From Rhynchobatus australiae (taxonomy: Eukaryota), in NCBI GenBank assembly GCA_034780895.1, contig JAUZTB010000107.1:33580790-33644789 (forward strand): DNA of 64,000 nucleotides, written 5' to 3'. The notes beneath the pieces are model-generated. The model worked only from the letters and a program-made list of their open reading frames with translations. It did no database searches and had not been told where the DNA came from. Position numbers and translations under genes: made by a program. Positions 1 through 12,789 of the stretch are shown here, piece by piece (within the stretch, counting starts at the first letter, position 1; every line of letters starts with the position of its first letter).

Positions 1-3000
1 CAACCCACTCGCTAAAAAGATATTCCAACAGTGGTGTCAGCCAATCTGTTTTCAATTGTCTGTGATGCAATTCTACACGTGTAAAGAAGCATGTGCAGAA
101 AACTGGATTAGGGTGACATGATCTTTTTATCCTTTCCCTGAGCCACCTAGCTTGCACTTGGTACCCTGCACTTCATTCCATAGCCCAGCTAAGTGGTGTA
201 GTTTTTCTTTAACAATAAAATTCATGGCCTCTTTCGATGCCTCTTCTCCACTGATGGATACAGTCCTCAAAATAGGAATAGGAAAGACTATTTACAGAAG
301 TCAGCCAAGTTTTAAATACTTTCTTCTGTCACACAAGGCACAAACACCATGTATTTTGGATATTTNNNNNNNNNNNNNNNNNNNNNNNNNNNNNNNNNNN
401 NNNNNNNNNNNNNNNNNNNNNNNNNNNNNNNNNNNNNNNNNNNNNNNNNNNNNNNNNNNNNNNNNNNNNNNNNNNNNNNNNNNNNNNNNNNNNNNNNNNN
501 NNNNNNNNNNNNNNNNNNNNNNNNNNNNNNNNNNNNNNNNNNNNNNNNNNNNNNNNNNNNNNNNNNNNNNNNNNNNNNNNNNNNNNNNNNNNNNNNNNNN
601 NNNNNNNNNNNNNNNNNNNNNNNNNNNNNNNNNNNNNNNNNNNNNNNNNNNNNNNNNNNNNNNNNNNNNNNNNNNNNNNNNNNNNNNNNNNNNNNNNNNN
701 NNNNNNNNNNNNNNNNNNNNNNNNNTTAACATACTAGAACCTATACTTATTAATACACCTCATTTCACTGAAAATCTTAATACTCCAAAGCAGTTCCACC
801 AAAGAAAATGAAAACATAGCTTGAATCTACTTTCTCAACAATTCCAACAATGATTTACCAGTTACAATCTTTCTCAGGCTACGAGGTTTCAATGTCTTTT
901 CAATTACATGGCATGAAATAAAAAAAAACACTTGAGCAATTATTTTTAATGTAGAAGCAAAATGAAAATGATGTAGACCATCAAGAGTGTTGTTATTCTG
1001 GAATCAATACTGTTAACAAGTATATTAAGGATGCAAGTTTCTTTTTGAATCAGGCATGTTTTTAATCATTAAAACACAAACAAGAAATGGCAAGGTTCTT
1101 CTATGATTGGGAATATTAAGGCATTTAATAATTTCTAATACAGTGGAAACCAGGAGATTATTTTCAGGTTTTTACTTAAATAACCTGCATTGATTCAAAT
1201 ATAAAAAATATTTACTAAGAGGATAAACTGAAAAACCATCATATTGAAATGGATTTATTATAAAAGGGAAAATGCAGCTTACATTCTTGACATTTGCAGA
1301 TCCTGTATAATGAAGCAAATGATATTTAGCTTGAAGGTTTGTTTTTAAAGAGAAAATATAAAATTCATTACTTAGATACATGTTCCAAATCATAGACTGC
1401 CCTGACTACACAATGCTTATTTGTTTTACCTGTTACTAAAAAATGTGGGCTCTTCATGTGATCCTAATACGTTCTGTTACAAGGATGATTAGTTATACAC
1501 ATGTGCTGATCAATCAATTTTTTTTGCAGAATACAGCTATCTATAAAAGACAAAATATAGATCATGAAAAAAATGACAGCATTAAAAGGTGAATGTGTGC
1601 CAAATGTTTTACTATGGCTGTAGAAAGTGCCCTTTCAGCAGCTTTTCACAAGTGATGAAGAAAATATTATTTAAATCTTTCAGCAAATTACATTAAAATA
1701 TTATAAAGTCCATGAAATCTTTAACCATTCAATGCAACCTTTAATATATTGGAAAGATTTTAACATAATCAGCTTTGGTATTAACTTTCAGTTTAACATT
1801 GTTACTAAAATTATGGTCTTGCAACTGGATCTAACTCAAATTGAGGTGTCCACACTGCACATGCCTAACAAGTTTAAAGCTACAACCAGAGCAAACTGGT
1901 CTACTAGCCTCATTGGAGAAGTACCGGCTGGCAGCAGGCATCAGGCATCAGGTATAGGCCTTGAGCTGGCTAGCTGAAGGCCTGGACACCTAGATCAGCA
2001 CGCTGGGGTACTGGTTAAGGACCTCAGAAGTTTTGAGCCAGGATGGGAAAGGGGAAATCAAGATGGGAAATCAAGTTGGGGGAAAGCAATAGCCAGAAAC
2101 CCAAAGTTATAATATAGTGCTCTTACTTTTTTTGTTCCCCTGTCTCTGCATTAAGCCAAGTACACAGACTTGCTTCTTTGGCTGGTATCCTCAGAGTTTC
2201 CTTTCAGGGCCTTTGACTTGGCTGCAGCACATCTAACGAACTGCTTGTGGTATGCAAACAGTCAGTTACAGACCATTTTCTCAAAGGGATCTGCAACAGG
2301 TATACTGTCCATTGCCCAAGGAAAGTAGAAGCCTAAAAGCAATTCAAACATGCATTCCGGTCCTGGAGAGGAACCTGATCTGATTTTGGCTGCCAGTGCA
2401 TTTATGAAGAAGAATGACTGTGCATATGATGCATGCTATATTGAATCCTTAAACTTTGGGCACTTACTAATTTGGCTATAGTGCCTATAGAAATATATGT
2501 AAAAATGGATTTAAATGCAATGATACTGAAACTATTGAAAAATTAATCTCTCCAGGAATGATTTCAGATTGTTTGTCCAGCTAGGTGGTTGCTTCATATA
2601 GGCCGGTTCACTTCATTCTCAGCTAGGATCACCACAGATAGGTGGCAGAACTATATACAAAGTCAATAGGACTGGCCAATTATAGTAAATACACTAAAAT
2701 TAAGTCTCATCACAAACGCAAAGTTGTTTTGAATTTAGAAAAATATATTACTTAAAAATAAAGTAAGAAGTGGACCGAATCTCTGGAATAATCATCGATA
2801 ACAAGTGTGCAATGGAATAACATTTTTTCCAAGAATGGTTACACACTACAGATTTTATTCAGTGATAGCACAAGATGCCATAATAAGAACATTGTATGTG
2901 TCCTAAAATGTCAGTGTAAGAATCATTTAAGAATATTAACCCAAGTACTAAAATCTAATTAATCTGCACCCACTTCCATTCTGCAGAATCACCATTATTC

Positions 3001-5449
3001 TACTGGAGTCAAAGTTCAGGCAGTTGTGAAAGCTGTATACTGCTACTTGATGAAGGAAAGTTTACCCCAGCTGTTCAATCAGTCTCTTAAATTTTTAATT
3101 TTCATTCAATCATCATTAAATGGAGAACAGTTAATGGGCCATGTACACAGCGGCCCGTATATGTGCCTTGCGTTGCTCAACATGCCTGCAGAAGATTTAA
3201 TTGAAAATAGCCTCTATTATAATAAAGAAAATGTATTATGTATACTTCTGAAGACAGGATAAATGATGTAATTAATAGAATATTCTGACAGTATTGATTT
3301 ACAAGTTATGCAACATAATCAATGGTTGGAAGCATATATAAGGTGCAATAATTTTTTTGTTAATTGGTTACAGCAACAGAAGCATGCATGCTTCTAGATG
3401 TTGCTTAATAAAAAAAAATGCTTTAATTTACTTTAAAGAACTGTATTGCAAAGAAATGGCCTGCCAACACATTATGTTGAGATGCCACTTTTAGTCTAAA
3501 GAAGTGTAAAAAAGTCCAAAATATTTTCTGAAAATTAGAAATGAACCCAAAAGACTCCTGGAGAATATCCTGGAATATTCCCACAGCACAAGGTACAAGA
3601 ATACTGACAATCAAATCAGTACTACCAGGGCATGCAGTCTAAAGTTATAAAACTAGAGATATGAATACATCTGAATTACTATATTCCACATATGATGATT
3701 TGCTCTTTTCAGGTTCTGTCCTTACAGGGTCTGAAACCAGGTGGTTTCTACTTAACAGTTTTAAACTTTTATTTAGTTTAAATACACAAGATGTGCACTA
3801 CGCAGCCTGAATCAGACAAATCCTCTGGGCAGAATTGGATATACATCAGAACAGCAAAAGGGTTCAAATTAGATTCTAATGAGAAAACATCAGTCGCTCC
3901 TCTGATGATTTCACCATTCACTGATTCACTCCTAATGAAGACACACTCTATCCAGAATGCTCTTGAACTGTCAGAGGTCAAAATGAATTCAAAAAGCCAA
4001 AAGCAAATCAAGACAAATCGGAAGCACTGAAAGAAACCTTTTTTCAGAGTGGTGTGGCAATTAAAGTAATTGCACAAAGAGACAACTTCTATCAATGGCA
4101 ACAGAAATTAAGCTGCCAATGTTGTAACAGGTTAGATGAAAATCAGATTTTAATGTATGCTTCCTCATGTCATCTTGTTTTGTCAGGACATCAAATAAAA
4201 TTGAAAAGTACAAAATAACAAGCCCCAGAGAAAACCAGAGAGGATGACCTTTCTGATATTGTTGGTTTACCATGTTCAGAAATATTTTAATAATAATGAA
4301 GTTGACTTCAGTAGCAAGGGTAAGTCATGCAAACAAATCATGCCTCATCCCTTTAAATATATCTTTCTCTTAAGTACAGGCATGCGTATAACTACTTGAG
4401 AAATTCCATGAATGCTGATGCACAGCCATTAAAATCATAAACCGGAAACAACTGACTCAAGTATCTTCATCTACAAATTCTTAATTTTAACAGCTCAGGA
4501 ATTATGATGATAACAATAACAAACTGCTTTTGTTAATAATAAAAAACAATTGCATTCATTTCTAAAATGCCATGCTCTTTTAACAGTTCTGGATGAAATG
4601 ACCAAAAATTAAATGATAAAGTATTTCTTTTTAACCACCTTCATTTTTTTTTATGAACTGAACATTAAACATGGCAAATGGCAATTTCAGAGCTTGAGAT
4701 AAGCAAAATGGGATGATTTCCAGGTAAATTTGGTTTACTTTACTAGAACCTTCTTTCGATTGGTTTACAAACAGAAAGTCNNNNNNNNNNNNNNNNNNNN
4801 NNNNNNNNNNNNNNNNNNNNNNNNNNNNNNNNNNNNNNNNNNNNNNNNNNNNNNNNNNNNNNNNNNNNNNNNNNNNNNNNAGAAAGTCCTGAGCATGGAT
4901 ATAGATGCAAGATTTGGATTTTAATTCCAGCCCAAATAAACAGAATATTGCAAGCAAGAGGTTTCAGTGTAAAGGCACATATGCATGCACTTAATAATCT
5001 CCCAAAACAAACAATAATCTTTCTCCCAAAGGTCATTTTTGTTTTCTTTTGAACAAACAAGCCACTAAAAGGAACCAGTTAAGCCTTTCACCTAAAAACA
5101 ACATATTTAGTTAGTGGTGTCAGGACTTTCCCACAGTCAGCTCTAGTTACCCACAGGTGTTTACAGCAATTTTGAAAGGGAAAACACAAGCTATATTTGA
5201 TTTAACATCTTATCTCAGCACTCAGATGTTTGGAGGCTTGAAAGTTGCAGACAAAATGTATACCAAAACTAACAAAACAAATGGCAACACTCCATCTTAT
5301 CCTCTTCTTTCCCACCCTTCTCCATTCATTCCCTTGTGCCATTTGTTTTAAATAACACCTCCCTTCACAGTTCAAGGCAGACTATTATATTGTGAATGAT
5401 GTTACACTGTGTGGCACTCACTTCAAACTACACCTAAAAATTAAAAAAG

Positions 5450-6050
5450 CATGTTCAACAGCACTTCTTCCTATCATGTGGGCAGATGATTTATGGTTTA
5501 CCCGTTCAGCAAGGTTATGCAACGCTGCATGCCTTCAGAAGTATTATTTGAGTCAGTTGAGATTTAATTAAGATCACAACCCTTAAAATCCCTGCCCCAT
5601 GAAAATTCACAGAAGACAATGCACAATACATCCTGGTGCAACACTACAGAACAGATTGTTTTCATTCCAATCTTTGTAACAACACAAGCTAATCCTAGTT
5701 TCCATGACGACAGACAAAAGTTGACAAATTTTGTTTTGTTTAACATTCTGTTGCTGTTGCTTACAGTCCATCAATTAAAATATGCACGCAAAACGACAGC
5801 CAAAGAAAATATCAGCCTCGGTCCTACTGTGCAGATGCACCACTCAGTAGTGTAATATATGGTTGCCTATGTCGTGGTAAAGAAATGACAGGTGCTAGCA
5901 GTCTCTTTGGTTGACAGGCCACTGCACAAATAACTGCCTTCCCTGAAAGGGCTAATGCACTACTAATGAACAATAAATCAACTTTGATTATAAACTGTCA
6001 GACAAATCAGTTCTCAGTTCAGCACTCTGAGATTCTATGCCAAGTCAGCT
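5450..6050. promoter_or_regulatory. Enhancer-like block with PBX-HOX and MEIS motifs
   Basis: TGATTTATGG at 5487-5496, CAATAAATCA (rc TGATTTATTG) at 5971-5980, TGACAG at 5886-5891 and 5912-5917, CTGTCA at 5995-6000. No repeat signature. Confidence 0.4.
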
Positions 6051-7059
6051 GCACATTGCTGGAATACATCATCCACATTTAGTTTTGTTCACACAACACC
6101 ATACTGAAATTTCAAAATGAAAGTTGAAACTGAAAATCAAAACAGGTCCCTTTATCCCACTGGCCAGCGGAATTCATCCATGGCAAAACAGCTGCGAATT
6201 TGGGGCTCAGGTAAATCCTTTAACCACAATCCTCCAATCATCAAAACAATGTATTTATTGTCTTAGCGGTGCTTTAAACTCTTCATATCAATAACAATTC
6301 ATTCTAGATAAGGTTAGTGCATACTGTAACCTGTAACTTGCACTGCAGTGGGTTTCAGACTTTTAAAAAAAATGATAGAAATTTGAAAGGGAAAGTTACT
6401 TCAAAAGACAAAAGAAAAACTTTGATCTAACAAAGCACACTGTACACATCAACGAAAAACAAACGTTTAGAAATATCTCCTGTAGATGGTGACAGCCATG
6501 ATAGGATCATCTATTTTCTTACAGTATGTACTGTAGAGACACTAGGGAACATTTGACTCATTTGTCAACTAGTCAATAGGTTTTCAAGTGATTTTTAAAC
6601 TATTGCGGACTCCTCAAGTTAAAACAATCTAAAATGTGGCATCTCCTTTTCATACAAATAGCGAAGAAGATTTCCTTTGCATTTAAAATGCAGCAACACC
6701 AAAACCATGTACAGTTTTCAAAATTACCACCCTCCCATTACTTCATTTCCTGAGGGCTTCCTTAACTATGACAACATCCCATTTGAATCTAAACACAGCA
6801 AGGTTGACGTTCAAGTTACTTGCATCTCACACGCCACTGGACTCTGCAGGAATGAGACTATTCAGTGACCAAGAAAAACTACTCGACGCTGCATATTCTA
6901 CACAAGAGAATGGATGACATATAAACTCTGCATTCAAATTAACTTGTTCATTTTCCCTGTTGCTTCATAATGCATGACCATATAAAAATATTGAAATATT
7001 TACAAAGGTTGTAGCCAGTATCAAAAATATTCTAGGATGTTCCTATTTTACAACTCTAA

Positions 7060-7480
7060 TATGTTATAAATTGCCATTAAATGCAGCATAAATTAATTCT
7101 TGCAAAATCTGTTCCTGCTGGTGAAAGACACAGTAAATGACAATGGGTTCAATGATGAAAGGAGCTTTTAAAGCAAGCTGATAAATAAAGTAGCAACAAT
7201 GATAAAATATTGCAGAAAGTAAGTTGTGCTGCTTTTCTCCCAGATAAATTAAATTGTCAGTTTTACAGAGGAAAGGTACTAAAATTGTGGAATCAATCAT
7301 ATTGACAAACCTGACAAACTCCATTTAACTGCCGCAGTAAACAGAGTGGTGGGCCATGAAACACTAATAAGCCTCCTGTACAAACTCAGCTTTCTGCAGA
7401 TACAGACAGATTACACCCGCAAGGGTGAGCACCGACTGACATGATAATAAAGTCAATCAGCCACACCCTGCCCACCAAGC
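7060..7480. promoter_or_regulatory. CNE-like block adjacent to the candidate alternative exon
   Basis: Dense TAAT/ATTA, GATAA, TGACA and GTAAACA motifs in repeat-free sequence. Conservation not tested. Confidence 0.35.
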
Positions 7481-7492
7481 CCAACTACTCAC

Positions 7493-7585
7493 CATCATCA
7501 ATCCATGAGATTCAGATGCCTCTTGCGGTGGCCCTCTTCTTTTGTGATGACAAATGAAATTAAGTCCTTGTCTAAGAGACTTCAT
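7493..7585 (-). CDS. Candidate alternative first coding exon of FOXP1 (MKSLRQGLNFICHHKRRGPPQEASESHGLMM)
   Basis: actATG (A at -3) opens 31 uninterrupted codons ending in phase 0 at ATG|GTGAGT, matching the phase of this intron. The flanks are repeat-free. A possible acceptor ttcttttag lies at 7599-7607 and an ETS/FOX motif at 7786-7797. Confidence 0.5.
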
Positions 7586-8367
7586 AGTCAATTGTTTGCT
7601 AAAAGAATTCTAGTTTATTTTTCACAAAGAAAAATGTGTTAATTCCTGCTTTGTAGTTTTGTCTATTGACAATCAGCTCTAGCTCATGCAAAGTTAATCT
7701 ATCAGCAGCAATGTACTGAGATCTGAACTATAAACATTTTTATTAAAAATAATTAATGCTGCAGATCTAATGTCATATTGTTCCCACTTCCTGTTTTCTA
7801 AACAAATTTGAGAATGAGCATTCGTTGAAAACAATTTGTTTTTTCCTATGCCAATTTCATCGTTTTGTATGCCCAACCTGCACCTAAAAATTAATATTCT
7901 AAGGAGGTCCACATGTGTATGCTTAAGTGGAATTTTAGAAGTGTACTCTGAATATTTCAACTGGTTCATATATAGCAATGGCTTTGAAGAAACATTTTTT
8001 TAATGCTACCTCTGTCCTATTTATCTGCTTTGCAAAGGATTGCTTAAATTATCATTTAAGACATTTACATAAGCAAAACATAAAGTATTGTTATCATTTT
8101 TTTTTGCTAACTTGGAGAGCTGACTTCTCTTTTCCTCCCACAGATCTCTCTGGGAACAAAATGTTGTCCCAGTGTTTGAACTTACTTTGGAATCTTGGTA
8201 AGTGCATAACTGATTTGGACACAGGAATCAAACAATAATTCCATCCCCTCAGGTTTTAAATAAGTTTGATTCAACAAATGCATTGCAAAACATGTTACTA
8301 GAATACATGTTTGTGTTCTTGATTCCTGTCTGAGCCAGGATTAAAGATTATGTCCTGATGGGCAGCT

Positions 8368-8386
8368 TGTAGCCACCTGCTGGCAA
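8368..8386 (-). promoter_or_regulatory. CTCF-like site
   Basis: Reverse complement TTGCCAGCAGGTGGCTACA matches the CTCF core CCASYAGRKGGC. Confidence 0.5.
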
Positions 8387-8649
8387 TAATGTCACTATCG
8401 GAGACCTAGAGGTCTCTCTTCATCCTCATCAGCATGAGTTGGTGTACAATACTGCGACTCCACAGGCATACTTACAGAAATAACGGCAGCCACAAATGGA
8501 CAATTTTTCCACTGCTGGCTCCTATACAAAATGAGTCTTTTATTTCAGAGAGCTAACAAAAGTTTAGACCTCTGAATATGAGAACGTGCTGACAGTACAG
8601 CATGGGAAGTCAGTCTACACGAATGCACTCTCTTCAATATAGTTGAGAA

Positions 8650-8940
8650 GCGAGTTCATTAGAACAGAGATGAGATGATTTTCTGTTTCGCTCAAATGGT
8701 CGTGAATCACTGGAACTCTCTTCCTCATAGGTCCACGGAAGCAGTCTTTGAATTATTTTTAAGGCAGAGGTAGACAAATAGTTGATAAGCAAGAAGTGAT
8801 AAAAAAAAGTGATAGATTACCACGAGTAGATGGAAATGCTGAGATGAAGTTATAAGCAGATCAGCCAAGATCTTATTAAATGGATAAGCATGCTTGAGGG
8901 GTTGAGTGGCCTACTCCTGCTCCTAATTAGCATATTTGTA
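8650..8940 (+). mobile_element. CR1 LINE 3' end fragment
   Basis: GTCGTGAATCACTGGAACTCTCTTCC (VVNxWNSLP), TTTAAGGCAGAGGTAGAC, and 3'UTR GATCAGCCA...GAGGGGTTGAGTGGCCTACTCCTGCTCCT. Confidence 0.8.
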
Positions 8941-11469
8941 TGTAGGTTTGTATGTTGACAAACTAGTTATTGGCCCAACCACTAGATCTGATTTTACCTT
9001 GAGGAAGACACCTAGAAATAACTACCTCAAGGAAATTAGCACAGTCTTAATGAGCAAGATCCTACAACCTTCCAAAGGTAAATCCCACAAAAATGCTTTG
9101 AATGTCTGTGACGGGATGCTCTTAGGCTGAAATGGTGAGAATGTTTCTGAACTTCACAACATTCAAAAACCATTTTAAAAATTACATACACTGTTAAAAT
9201 CTTTTTACAGTTTTAAAAGTCTAAATAATACTAGAAAATAATTAAAAATCAATTGTAAGGATGCAGTTTATCTGAAAAATTACATCTCTCCCTCTGACTG
9301 AATGGAGTTGATGAACCTCTGCTGACTTCAACAGGTGGTTTTCCCTAGCCTAACAGCTGGGAAATTGCCAAAATTCATGCCGGACTCCATGAGCAGTCTA
9401 GGATCGGAGTAAAGCAAACTTCACAGTGGCGAGCAGCTGCATAGAAATTTAGGGCATCAGTACTCGTGTATATCTGTCCAAAGCCCCAAACCTTTTCAGA
9501 AATAGGGCCAGGACTTTCATACTGGATGAAAGATTTTTTTGTGGAAATTCTGGGCCAAATCTGTAATTCTGAAAAGAATTTAACTGTTCAAAAAATATAC
9601 TTTTGTATACTTGAATGTGTTTTCAGGGGTAAAAAGAAACATACTGTATGCACACAGGTAATATAAATTTCTCTTCCATTGTATTTTGAAGAACCCTGAC
9701 TTTACTGGCCTCTTATGTTCAACGCTACAATGACTGTAGTCNNNNNNNNTCATTTGTACTATTTGATGTGTGATATGACTTTTAGGTTTTTTTGTGTAAG
9801 TTGTTGGTTGGTTTTATAATTTGTTGATGCTGCACATAATGTTTCTTCAGGTGTATGTACTAGTAAAATGGCTGGCTTTATCCTACCCTGATTGTATGCC
9901 AAAAGGAAAATTGATACCATTCATAAAGCAAGATTTTGCATCATCATCCATAAGCCCCTCAACTAAGCTTTCACAATCCCAGTTAGACCATTATAAACTC
10001 TGTTGAATAATAAAATAAAACTTTCTTTTGTCAAAAAGGAAGAAAATATCTAGAAATTATAGCTGAGTGTCACAGTGGGGTGTCAAAATAATTCATTGAT
10101 CACCATCACAAACTCCAGTGGGTGTGATAAGCATTTGGTTTTGAAATTCTGCTGCCCTGTGGACTCCATTCAGAGGGCAGCTTCAGGTTGGTTGGCTGCC
10201 ATAGATCCAATTGCTGAGCTTGGATGGTGTCAGGGCCAGGGTAGGGCAATTCTGGGATAAGACAATGGGAAATCTTGACAGTTGTGGCCTGAACCTTTGG
10301 GGATCTTGGGTCCCTGATGGAGAACTGTGAAGGGGATGGAATTGGATGCAGGTATGTAATGACTCACCTGACAGTCATCCCACTCCAGCAATGTGCTAGA
10401 TAGTCCAGATTTCAGAAGTGCTCAGCTTGATCTATGTTCCGCTGCAATACTTCAAAAAGAATGTTGCACGGGAAATAACATCATCCTTTGCACCCGACAT
10501 GAAAATGATCAGAGATGCAAGGGTGACTCATATCATAAACGATCTGATCAAAATTCCAAAGTGATACAAAATCACCTGTAAATCACTCATGAAAATAATT
10601 TTTCAACTGCATATTGCTGAGAAAAAATTCATTATGCAATTAGCTTTCTAGGCAACTGTTTTACCAATTTTAGTTACAAGACCTCATCTGTTTATACAAG
10701 GATGTTCTCTATTCCCTGGTGCTCAAGTAACCAAAAAGTTTCATCATTTTGCATCACTAATTAACTAACCAATTGTCTCGGATGTAAATTATGAGTATTA
10801 CAGGACAGTGAAACAGCACGCTTCGCTCAAGTTTCCTTTATTGGATTTTTATTTTGAGATTTGAATTAGGAGTGAAAGCATCCAAGATGAAGGATTTTGG
10901 AATCATTTTGCTTATGTCTAGACCATTAAGCAGTAACTCAAATATGTACTGTAAAACCNNNNNNNNNNNNNNNNNNNNNNNNNNNNNNNNNNNNNNNNNN
11001 NNNNNNNNNNNNNNNNNNNNNNNNNNNNNNNNNNNNNNNNNNNNNNNNNNNNNNNNNNNNNNNNNNNNNNNNNNNNNNNNNNNNNNNNNNNNNNNNNNNN
11101 NNNNNNNNNNNNNNNNNNNNNNNNNNNNNNNNNNNNNNNNNNNNNNNNNNNNNNNNNNNNNNNNNNNNNNNNNNNNNNNNNNNNNNNNNNNNNNNNNNNN
11201 NNNNNNNNNNNNNNNNNNNNNNNNNNNNNNNNNNNNNNNNNNNNNNNNNNNNNNNNNNNNNNNNNNNNNNNNNNNNNNNNNNCCTGTGCAAAAAGGCACC
11301 TGATATGACTGGAAGGTAGAACGCCTAACACTTGTTCCAACAGAGATCAAATCCTTGGCCTCAAAGGCATTATTACTAATTTTAAAAGCAACACAACCAA
11401 TGGTAGAATGGTCATTGTGGGCTACACATTTAGGGCAGGACACCTCCAATGAATTAAAATCAGTCCTGA

Positions 11470-11745
11470 TTTCCAGTGCTCACTCTGGAGTTTGCACATT
11501 CTCTGTGTGGCTGCTGGATTACCTCTAGGTACTCCAGTTTCTTCCCATGTCCCTAAGATATGCAAGTTGGAAGGCTAATTGGCCACTGTAAATTGCCTCA
11601 GCTTGTAGGCAAGTGGTAAAATCTTGGGGCAGTTGCTGGGATGTGGGGAGAATAAAATGTGATGAATGATCAGTGTAAATGGGTGTGCAATGGTTAGCAA
11701 GACCTCAGTGGGCTGAAGAGATTGTTTCTGTGGTGTATGACTCTA
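11470..11745 (+). mobile_element. V-SINE (HE1-like) copy
   Basis: V-domain GGAGTTTGCACATTCTC...ACTCCAGTTTCTTCCCATGTCCCTAAGATATGC...TAATTGGCCACTGTAAATTGCC with a CR1-like tail. Confidence 0.75.
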
Positions 11746-11862
11746 GGTGGTCTAGGCCAAGGGTTAGGGTCTGCAACCAGATGAGTTTCACAGCAGGATT
11801 TTTCTTCTTTTAAGGATGAGACCAAAGCCAGTCTCTAGACACAACACAGTAGGACACAAAAG

Positions 11863-12055
11863 TTTTTTTTTCATTCTTCAGAATCATGGTATTGCCAGCA
11901 AGGCCAAAAGTTGTCATCCACTCTAATTACCCTTGGGAAGGTAGTGGTAAGCTATTTTAAAATGCTGCATTCTTTCTGGTCAGCATATTCCCACAACACT
12001 GTTAGGTTGGGATTTCCAGGATACAGACCCAGTGGCAACGAAGGACCAGCAATAT
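11863..12055 (-). mobile_element. L2/Crack-like (CR1 group) LINE 3' end
   Basis: Same 3' block as the copies at ~34.9 kb and ~51.3 kb (CCCTTGGGAAGGTAGTGGTAAG...CCCACAACACTGTTAGG...TTCCAGGAT). Confidence 0.6.
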
Positions 12056-12250
12056 AATTTACAATAGCCAATTATCCTACCAACCAGCATGTCTTTGGGA
12101 TGTGGAAGGAAACTGGAGAACCCAGAGCAACTCATGTGGGCACTGAAAGAATGTGTAAAGTCCACATAGACAGCACCAGAGATCAGGATTGAACCTGCAA
12201 TGCTTGAGGTCTGAGGCAGCAGCACTGCCTTCCTGCTACTGTGCCACTCA
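12056..12250 (-). mobile_element. V-SINE (HE1-like) copy
   Basis: Reverse-complement V-domain GCATGTCTTTGGGATGTGGAAGGAAACTGGAG and B-box-like GGATTGAACCTG. Confidence 0.8.
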
Positions 12251-12789
12251 TGCAGCCCATACTCATGAGACTAACACCCACGTAATTGTGCAAAGCACTG
12301 ATCATGNNNNNNNNNNNNNNNNNNNNNNNNNNNNNNNNNNNNNNNNNNNNNNNNNNNNNNNNNNNNNNNNNNNNNNNNNNNNNNNNNNNNNNNNNNNNNN
12401 NNNNNNAGCACTGATCATGATCTCAGTCAGTGTACAGCACTGATTTGATGCAATCAAAGCCATTTTAAATCAATTATTTTTCTTAATCTTGTACAGCACA
12501 GCATGCATTCAGCAGCAGGCAGACCTCCATCCCACTCCACTCTCCCCCCTGGTCACCACCGCAACTTACAGATGAGATGCTGTTTGATTTCTTCCTTGCT
12601 TTGTGTGCACTAGTGCGTGGTGCTTTCCATAACCTTTTCAAGTAGTAGAAGTCTACAGGGAATGCTAGGCAAGTTCTAACAGACTTCTGTCTGAGGGCAG
12701 CTGTGTTAAAGTAAGGCTTATATCATTGAACTCTGTGCCATTCTGAAGTCACACCTTCAACCTCTCAGCAGGGCAGGTGTGCAATGCCC

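Noticed and set aside
152-811. Long ORFs in the track crossing N runs (also 10838-11449 and 57914-58479)
   Set aside because: Their length comes from X codons in assembly gaps; there is no protein signal.
2632-2648. CTCF-like CCACAGATAGGTGGCAG
   Set aside because: The 5' half of the core does not fit the consensus spacing.
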